Source: Synechococcus sp.
Lineage (GTDB): Bacteria > Cyanobacteriota > Cyanobacteriia > Thermostichales > PCC-7336
Assembly: GCA_051439425.1 (NCBI GenBank)
Contig: JBFRWD010000113.1
Coordinates: forward strand, 1 to 23,663
Direction: 5' to 3'
DNA: 23,663 nt
Positions 16,465 to 23,663 of the stretch are shown one piece after another. Below the pieces are notes generated by a model that made no database searches, was not told the DNA's origin, and saw only the letters and a program-made list of their open reading frames with translations. Position 1 is the first letter of the stretch, and each line of letters starts with the position of its first letter. The position numbers and the translations under genes were made by a program.

Positions 16465-18690
16465 CTAAGCGATCAATTCTTGTCGTTGAAGATGAACGAT
16501 CAGATTGCTAGCGATTGAAGTCTGCCAGGGCAATCGATTGACAAACCCATTCTGATCGACAAACATCACTTGTATGTGAAGTTCCTTAATGGGGGGATCG
16601 CCCAATCCAAACTCCCATTTCTGCGGCGACAGCTCCCCTTCCCAAACCATCTGGCGTTCGGCACGGACAGTTCCATCTAATGACCGTTGCTCCAAATGGA
16701 CTCGCACCGCTTGGAGGCGATTTTCCTCCAGCGTTCCGCCAATTGGGCGTACCGTGACAAGGCGTTTTTCAAGCAGATCGGTATCAACCACTAGGCGAGT
16801 ATCTTCTGTGGTGCGCCATTCGCCTTCCAGCAATCCTTGGTTGCCAAACACGGTCAAGCGATAGGAAATTTCCTGAGAACCGCCATCTGCGATATCGTAT
16901 TTCTTCTGAATAAACGGCTGGCTGTTCACTAGATCGATCTGTTCGTCAAAGGTAATGCCATTGGCTTCATCCTCGTAGCGTAGCTCTAATAAAGCGACAT
17001 GCAACCCTTCGAGTGATAAATTAACCAGAATTTGCAGGACTCGTTTATCTGGGGCAGGATTTGGCAGAGAGAGAATCTCCTCCGTACTCTCGCGGGTTAG
17101 CAGCGCAATATCCGGTGCATCTACATCCTCCGGGCGCAGATAGGTAACAGTGTACTTGTAAGCTGGTCGGGTTGTCTCAAAATGACGAAAATGCCAGGTC
17201 TGTGGGTTCGTATCCCGAAAAGTGAGTCGCTTTGTCCAATCTTCATAGCCAAGATCCACAACGACCGCTGCAAACTTTCGGAACTGAAACGTAGGCGGAA
17301 GGAAAACCTGGATAGACTCAACTTTATAAGCTAAGCGAGTTTCGACAATCAACTGGGGGGTTCGACTGGTTTTCCAAGCGGTCTGCACCGCCTCGTGGGC
17401 ACCAAATGAATGTGCCGGATCGAAGTGAACAATGGTTCGATACTCGTAGGGCAGATCGAACGGGTTTTCCGCACCCAAAAGATTCACGATATAAGTCTGC
17501 CGCTCGGTTGCCGAGCGAAAGGTAAAGGTACGAGCCGCCTGTTGATTGGGCTGGCGGAGTTCTGTCTCCACCCGTGCAACTCCGTCGCTGGAAAAGCGAT
17601 CTTCGACTCCAATTTCTACCTCGAGTCGGGGAAACCCATTGAGATTAATCTTTTTGACCAAGGACTGGCGTACTAATGTCCAGTTGGGGTTCGGGCGACC
17701 CTGCTCGTCTACCTGAAACTGGCGAAATAGTCCTCCGAGCGTACCTTGGGGAACCACTTCACGCCGCTCTGCCACGGCTTCATCCATGCGAATCTCAAAG
17801 TGGCGGATTTGCTCCTGGGTAAGCGACCGCAATCGATAACTCACCCCCGGTACAATAGTTCGAACCAAACTGAACAGAACATTGTCAACAGCGTCAGTCA
17901 CGGTCTCCGCTGCATCTGGCTCAGTTGCAAACAGCGGCTCAAACATCCGTTCGATAACCCAGTCAAGCAGCTGCTTTCGAGCTGCCTCTGCCGCTGCGCG
18001 GTCAGCCTCACTACTGCCAAACACCGTCGTGTCGATGGCAATATCTTGGGTTTCGAGAGCCTTCTCAATCGCTACTTCCACATCAGCCGCAACATAGTAA
18101 GCATTGGCCTTGAGTCGATGGGTAAGTTCGCTGTAAACCTTCTGCCAATCCGCCTCGATAGTAATGTTGTAACTAGGACGCAAACCGCTCAATTGCATAC
18201 GATATATCAAAACCAGCGGTAGCTCAGGGGTCTCTAAGAGCTTTTCAACCAGCTCTGCTCCAGCGGCATCTAGCAACAGTTGAAATGACACCCGATTTTT
18301 AATATCGAGAGCGGGCTTACCGCTGCCCAAGATTTGCAGTTCAAATGGGGCATCCTCAGATCTCTCGATACTACTGCTGCCCAGGGCAACTAGCTCAACC
18401 GTCCCCTCATCAAACAGGACTGGCTTAAGCTCAAAATCATCGTCTAGTCGAGCTTGGAGTGCCTCAAATTCAGTTACGAGTTCAGCAGAAAAAGTGAGCA
18501 ATCCTCCCTCGATCTTTTCATTCCCCGCCCCGCCCCCCAGATATTGCACCAGGGAAAAATCCACTGGCCCATTGTCTTTCAGCCGCAGCTGGGGCGTGGA
18601 GGGCAAAACATAGCGAACTTGCTCGGCCTCGCTATCTGGCAACAGCGTGTACCCGCCAACTATTTGGTAAGGAGGAGTGAAAGACAACAT
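16465..18690 (-). CDS. Uncharacterised paralog B (741 aa)
   Basis: GAGG upstream. Motifs LLPD..VRYVLP, GGLLTFS, EGTVELV and GKPAL..KNR. C-terminal repeats such as VVDLGYED...YKYTVTY. Confidence 0.9.
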   Translation of the reverse strand: MLSFTPPYQIVGGYTLLPDSEAEQVRYVLPSTPQLRLKDNGPVDFSLVQYLGGGAGNEKIEGGLLTFSAELVTEFEALQARLDDDFELKPVLFDEGTVELVALGSSSIERSEDAPFELQILGSGKPALDIKNRVSFQLLLDAAGAELVEKLLETPELPLVLIYRMQLSGLRPSYNITIEADWQKVYSELTHRLKANAYYVAADVEVAIEKALETQDIAIDTTVFGSSEADRAAAEAARKQLLDWVIERMFEPLFATEPDAAETVTDAVDNVLFSLVRTIVPGVSYRLRSLTQEQIRHFEIRMDEAVAERREVVPQGTLGGLFRQFQVDEQGRPNPNWTLVRQSLVKKINLNGFPRLEVEIGVEDRFSSDGVARVETELRQPNQQAARTFTFRSATERQTYIVNLLGAENPFDLPYEYRTIVHFDPAHSFGAHEAVQTAWKTSRTPQLIVETRLAYKVESIQVFLPPTFQFRKFAAVVVDLGYEDWTKRLTFRDTNPQTWHFRHFETTRPAYKYTVTYLRPEDVDAPDIALLTRESTEEILSLPNPAPDKRVLQILVNLSLEGLHVALLELRYEDEANGITFDEQIDLVNSQPFIQKKYDIADGGSQEISYRLTVFGNQGLLEGEWRTTEDTRLVVDTDLLEKRLVTVRPIGGTLEENRLQAVRVHLEQRSLDGTVRAERQMVWEGELSPQKWEFGLGDPPIKELHIQVMFVDQNGFVNRLPWQTSIASNLIVHLQRQELIA

Positions 18691-18792
18691 ATGCTTACGC
18701 CCTCGAATTTAGATAAGGTTTAACCAACAAGTCTCAATCAACTCGGTTCAGCCAGACCAAACTACTGATCTTGTGCTGACTCCTGAGTTTTT

Positions 18793-21036
18793 TTAGACAG
18801 GCTCAGCCGTATTACTTGGCGGCAGAAATAGAAAATCTCGATCGGATTGAATAATACCGCTCTGATCGATCAATTGCTTTCGGGTGCCATCTGCCATAAA
18901 GTAATCGACCGCGTAGATATAATCGCTGACACGGGCATCCTGTCGCGCGATGCTCCAGGTTTGAGAAGAACTATCTCGGAACAGGAAACGAGCAGTATCG
19001 ACAACATCATTGTCTTCGTCAACATAGGTGAGGCTCACAATAGCGCGGCGTACGATGCCCCCAATGTCGACATCCGAGGGATCGACTTCAATTTTGACAA
19101 CGCCGTCTGGCGCATTTCCCACGACGATTGTTTCCCCACTGGCCTCTTGCCAATCGTCTTGACGAAACGCACTGTTTTTGAACAACAGGGTTTGTCGGTA
19201 GCGGTAGCTGCGGTGATTCTCGTCGCGAAGGGGGACTTGCCACGCTAAAAGCTGCGCAGTATCCTTCTGGAAGTTGAAGCTAGTGATCCGACGGTAGTCA
19301 TTGTCAATATCTTCGTAATCGAGATCGACAACCATCTGCTGCACTTCGTTCCAGTCTACAGAAGCGATGACATTGACCGATAAATTCCGGTCAAAGGCTG
19401 TGGGAATCGTCACTGTTTTAGCCTGGGAAGAGACCCAGCTTGTGGTGGAGCGCTGGGCGGCTCCTGGACCATCATCGAGGATATAAGTCCAGCGGTAGCG
19501 ATAGGGCTTATCCCAAAGCGCGAAAATGTTGCGACGATAGTTAACCGAAGAATCCTGCGCGTTTAACAGCACTGATTCGATAGTTAACGGAACCTGGTTG
19601 CGAGGATCGCTATATTCAATTTCAACTTCAATCCCCTTTAATTCGTTGCCAAAAACTTGTGGCTGAGCTGAAAAGGTGACTTCAATAATACCAGGATTGG
19701 GCACCTCCAGGGTCAGATCGCGCAACTGGGTCGAGTATTGAGCAATCTTCCGCTTACTAACTGGCCCTGCTTTATAGTTGACTTCAATTTCGACCTGATA
19801 GGTATCTTTACCAACGGCAGCTAAACGTGTCATAAACGCTTTGTCCTGGCGTTTGTAATTATCCGCTGTAAAAATAACGCTCTCGTATGCTGAAATGCGC
19901 GTTCCGTCAGGTTTGACTTCGTCATAGCTCAAGTGACCAACAACGCTATGGACGATATCTTTGTACTTACTGAAATCCAGGGTGGTGTCAACACTAACCT
20001 CAAGGGTATTGTAGTACCAAGGCGCATTTTGTAAATCGATATCCAAAATGACATCGTCAATGGGCATCCCAAGAAAAGAAGGATTTATCTGGGCATTGGG
20101 ATTGTATTCGCGATAGATCACATCCCGATAGGACACATTCAGGTTGAAATTTTGACTGATATCGGTCGAAAGAAATTCCATCCATTGGCTGCGCCGATCC
20201 TCTTCTGTTTCTACGGTTCCACCTTTGAGGAAATGTTTTTGAATAAATTCATCCATCGACCGAAAGGCAAATGCCCGCAGCGACTCCATATCCTCTTGCT
20301 TAAGATCGACATTTTCCTTCAATATTTCAAGTTTAACTAATCCCTGAGATTCCATGATTTCAGAAATGGAAGTTCGTTGACGTTCCTCACGGCTATCATC
20401 CCCCCAGACACTCTCATCAGTAATGGTTTGTTCCGTATACTCCATGACAGCTTCTTTCACTTCCTGGGAGTTGACTTCACCAATGATCGTTATGGCAGGC
20501 AGGCGAACAGGAAAACGTAGCTTGTACTGGATCGCGCCGATGCTCCCACCCTGTTTTAAGGTTTCATAGAAAAGCGTGGCTGCATCTGCTTTAAGTTCGA
20601 TAGCGATCGATGCTCTGTTATCAGAAAACAGCGAAGGCCTACCGAGTTGAATTGCCTTAATAAACTTATTGTCCTGCATAATAATTAATTCCACCGTGCC
20701 ATCGGTAAAATCAACTGTTGCCAGTTTTGGTTCTGAAACCTGGGTAGATAAAGGATTCTCTTGACGCAGAAGCTGGCGCAAGCGCGGCATGATTTTTTCG
20801 CTTATTGTTTGCTGCGGCACCTCAAAATTTGTCGTAAAGACAAGATATCCTCCACCGGGCTCTTGCCCACCACGTTCTAAGGGAAACTGGTATCTGAGAA
20901 AGGTAAATTGAGGTTTGCCATTTTCGTCTTGGGCAATACGAATGTCTTTAATCAGATAGTAAAACTTTGATTTGTCTGCATCATCTCGAAAAATGGTAAT
21001 ACCATCAATCTCATCAAATACTGGAATACTAAGCAT
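18793..21036 (-). CDS. Uncharacterised paralog A (747 aa), first gene of the operon
   Basis: Motifs IFRDD..KFYYL, GKPQFTFLRY, GGGYLVFTT, DGTVEL and GRPSLFSDNR. Four C-terminal repeats. Confidence 0.9.
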   Translation of the reverse strand: MLSIPVFDEIDGITIFRDDADKSKFYYLIKDIRIAQDENGKPQFTFLRYQFPLERGGQEPGGGYLVFTTNFEVPQQTISEKIMPRLRQLLRQENPLSTQVSEPKLATVDFTDGTVELIIMQDNKFIKAIQLGRPSLFSDNRASIAIELKADAATLFYETLKQGGSIGAIQYKLRFPVRLPAITIIGEVNSQEVKEAVMEYTEQTITDESVWGDDSREERQRTSISEIMESQGLVKLEILKENVDLKQEDMESLRAFAFRSMDEFIQKHFLKGGTVETEEDRRSQWMEFLSTDISQNFNLNVSYRDVIYREYNPNAQINPSFLGMPIDDVILDIDLQNAPWYYNTLEVSVDTTLDFSKYKDIVHSVVGHLSYDEVKPDGTRISAYESVIFTADNYKRQDKAFMTRLAAVGKDTYQVEIEVNYKAGPVSKRKIAQYSTQLRDLTLEVPNPGIIEVTFSAQPQVFGNELKGIEVEIEYSDPRNQVPLTIESVLLNAQDSSVNYRRNIFALWDKPYRYRWTYILDDGPGAAQRSTTSWVSSQAKTVTIPTAFDRNLSVNVIASVDWNEVQQMVVDLDYEDIDNDYRRITSFNFQKDTAQLLAWQVPLRDENHRSYRYRQTLLFKNSAFRQDDWQEASGETIVVGNAPDGVVKIEVDPSDVDIGGIVRRAIVSLTYVDEDNDVVDTARFLFRDSSSQTWSIARQDARVSDYIYAVDYFMADGTRKQLIDQSGIIQSDRDFLFLPPSNTAEPV

Positions 21037-21711
21037 GATCTATTCTCAACTAAAACTAGGAGATATCTAAGTCATAGGAATTTAAAATAACTTGAATCAT
21101 GTAGTCAGGATTTATACTTTTTATCTTGATTTAACTAAAATAAACAAAGATTATGAGGAACTTGTGTAGTAGGCAGTCAACTTTGTTTTGAGGAATAAAA
21201 AAGAAGTTAATGTAAAGGAAAAGAACTTTAGTTTCCGCTAAGTCTGAAATAAGAAAATGAGTCCAGACTCTGAGCTGAAGCAAAAACACCTGTTATTTAA
21301 TTGACCCAAGCAGCGCATTGTTAATAAGCGATCAATGTTAGTCCGTTGATGCAGCCTTCCCGCTCATCTCACGGCACAGTTGTTGTTGAACTATACCTTT
21401 AGCTTATATTTATTTAGTTATTACTAGAGCACTGGTACAATCTCAAAATAGGTGGCGAAAGTCACAAAACTCCAAGTTTCTTCATGCACGTCTTAATCTC
21501 TCGCTCGAGAGTATGTCTCTTAATGAGGTAGAATCAAAGATTAGCAGTGGGGAAGAGATAGGAATTCGCTCTAAATAGTGAGAATTTAGGCGCAGCAGAT
21601 GGTGCCTATGAATAGAGAAGCACTTCGATTGAGGACAATTTCTTTCAGTTGAATAACCCTAATGTCAACCTCAAACGCCAAAGCCGTCATCGCTCTCAGC
21701 AGGAGATACTC
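21037..21711 (-). promoter_or_regulatory. AT-rich intergenic region, presumed promoter/leader of the operon
   Basis: 675 bp without a convincing ORF, upstream of the first operon gene. No specific promoter or operator could be assigned. Confidence 0.4.
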
Positions 21712-22680
21712 TCATTGATCTTCACCGATCAAAGCTTCCAGTTCGACCAACAAAGATTTCAACTTTTCCTGTTTGTCTGGATTCGACCAGACCTTAAACT
21801 TTTTGACTCGTTTGTAGGTAGTTTCCAAGAGCTTTTGCAGTTCCATTCCCGCCGAGGGAGGCTGTAAAGCTTTTACCTGTTCTCGAATTTGATTGACTGA
21901 TAAATTATACTCAATGGCTGCTGAGAGAAGCTCCTTACGGTCAGATTCTGACTCTACCTTAGCTATCTCTCTAGCTTTGGTATATTCGATTGACCCAGAC
22001 CGCAAAGCATCCAAAATATCACCGGGAAGGTTAAGTAACGGTAACCTATGAGTGCGGAAAGACTCAGGGGACATCTTGCCTACCTTCGCAAACACCTCTG
22101 CCAGTATTTGTTTCTCTTCTGGGCGGACATCGTTGTCCGCCACCCTGCGTCGTTGAGTTTTAGACAATTTATTGAGTAAGGACACAACCCCTGCTCTATC
22201 GGTTGACAATTTCAGGGCCAATAAATCTAAAATCCCTTCCGTCTCCTCTACTGGGTTCAAATCCTCTCTTTGTAAATTCTCTGTCAGGGCATACTGTATT
22301 GCCTGAGTTTCAGACATCTCTCGGATGGTTGCAGGAACTTCCCTTAAGGAACATTCTTTAGCCGCCCGATATCTTCTCTCTCCTGCAACCAACTCATACT
22401 TATCACCCACTGGTCTTACTAACAAAGGCTGGAGAATACCTTCACTGCCTACCGACTCTACCAGAGATTGCATCGCTTTGGGGTCAAAAAAGTGCCGAGG
22501 TTGAGTAGCAGGTATGACAATCTGGGATAAAGGCACTAATTTAGAAGCTAAGGCAGAAGCCTCTTCTTCCATTTCCGGAGACACAGTAGTGCTAGCTGTT
22601 TTTTCCTGTTGAGCAACTTTTTTTGGCTTAGACTTGCTTGAACTGGTGGACACTCGTCTGGTTGTTTGTCTAGGACTCAT
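21712..22680 (-). CDS. parB: ParB/RepB/Spo0J family partition protein (322 aa)
   Basis: QPRHFFD, GILQPLLVR, LVAGERRYRA (CTP-binding arginine patch) and ENLQREDLNPVEE motifs. Disordered basic N-terminus. Confidence 0.93.
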   Translation of the reverse strand: MSPRQTTRRVSTSSSKSKPKKVAQQEKTASTTVSPEMEEEASALASKLVPLSQIVIPATQPRHFFDPKAMQSLVESVGSEGILQPLLVRPVGDKYELVAGERRYRAAKECSLREVPATIREMSETQAIQYALTENLQREDLNPVEETEGILDLLALKLSTDRAGVVSLLNKLSKTQRRRVADNDVRPEEKQILAEVFAKVGKMSPESFRTHRLPLLNLPGDILDALRSGSIEYTKAREIAKVESESDRKELLSAAIEYNLSVNQIREQVKALQPPSAGMELQKLLETTYKRVKKFKVWSNPDKQEKLKSLLVELEALIGEDQ

Positions 22681-23663
22681 GTTTAAACCCCCTAAAATAG
22701 TCTGAAACCATTAATTTGTATTTGCTAAGGGTGAAAAATTTTCCCAAAGCCGATCGAGCAACAAGTCTGTTTATCTGCATCACTCGGTTCTTCCCCAACA
22801 GCGCGATCAAAGCAGATATCACCGCTTGTTGTTCATTACGTAAAGTATAACGTCGGAAATCCTTTTAATGGTGTGGCTGAATTAAGAATTTTACCTACGG
22901 CGGCTTAAGAATTCGTCAATCTAATCGAAGTGCGATCGCTCTTGGTTTTAAATCGGGTGCTCGTACTTCTTTCAAGTTAAGCAGCAGCAACGATATACAA
23001 GGTTGGAGAATAGGAATTAGAATAAGTAGAATTTATCAAATTTTCGCAACAATGAGGGATCAATTCTCAGCTATACAAGACATTCAGCAGCAATTCCCTA
23101 TGCTCAGATCTTGCACCAAGAAAAGTTGATAGGAGAATGGATAGCTGAAGTGGTTGTTTAGACGAGATTGCAGCCAGTTCTCTATTGAGAATAGAGAACT
23201 AATCTCAAAAATTAATAAAAACTCCGAAGCAAGACTAATTTATTCAACCCGATGACCAACTTTTTTTCCATTACTAGACAAATCTGACTAACTGTCGTTT
23301 AGTTCATCTATGGCAAAGCGTCAATTCATCAATTTGGGCTCGTTTAACTACGGCTAAAACTCCATCTATATGTGCTTGACTTCCCGTTTTTCTAAGTGTT
23401 GAAAACGGGACTACTCATGCTCTTGATTAGTTTTGCTAACAATGGCAGTCTGAGCTTTGAGTTGATAATAAGAGAACTAAGTTCATGAATCAGATTTTAC
23501 CCCAAGCGGAAGAATTACTCTCAACCTTGAAACAACAGAACTCTTGCAAAAATATTTTGTGGTATGATTAGGAGTTATTTTGATTTCGCTTTTTGCCAAT
23601 TAAAATAGTGAGAATTGAGCAATTTTTTCGATCGAGTATTATCGGGCGATCGCCCTCATTAAA

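Larger units (their letters stand above)
4704..23653. repeat. Dispersed HIP1 octamers (GCGATCGC)
   Basis: Perfect copies read at 4704, 10304, 10961, 13157, 13346, 14723, 16181, 22932 and 23646. Fewer than one is expected by chance for an 8-mer in 23.7 kb. Confidence 0.9.

Noticed and set aside
4552..21036. Assignment of the array to eCIS/T6SS/phage tail, Tc toxin or CRISPR-Cas
   Set aside because: No recognisable sheath, tube, VgrG/PAAR, baseplate, RHS/YD or Cas motifs, and no repeat-spacer array.
21037..21711. Specific regulator sites (NtcA GTA-N8-TAC) and the short inverted repeat GAGTC-CA-GACTC near 21259
   Set aside because: I found no properly spaced NtcA box. The inverted repeat is too short to distinguish from chance.
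23240..23520. Short protein-like minus-strand fragments (e.g. TLRKTGSQAHIDGVLAVVKRAQIDEL)
   Set aside because: They are broken by stops and cannot be assigned to a family. They may be a decayed gene, but this is not supportable without a search.

Overview
Accessory, probably plasmid-like region from a cyanobacterium (at least nine perfect HIP1 octamers GCGATCGC, plus an orphan parB). Most of the window is one apparent ~19 kb minus-strand operon (21036->2176) of ten genes. Seven are paralogs of a protein family I cannot name. Five full-length members (736-859 aa) have a shared N-terminal core plus about four tandem ~95-aa beta-rich repeats. One is a minimal 214-aa core-only member, and one is a divergent member with an apparently duplicated core. 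A two-HKD phospholipase D sits inside the array. The operon ends with a fused class II terpene cyclase-like/ABBA prenyltransferase-like enzyme and a small cupin. None of these proteins has a visible signal peptide. The best working hypothesis (inference) is an undescribed hetero-oligomeric, membrane-directed assembly with a lipid-modifying cargo and a prenylation module. Just downstream of the operon is an IS4-family element with 24-bp terminal inverted repeats. Its transposase appears frameshifted by a 21-bp hairpin-forming insert flanked by a GATC duplication at a near-HIP1 site. All family assignments come from motifs read by eye, with no database searches.
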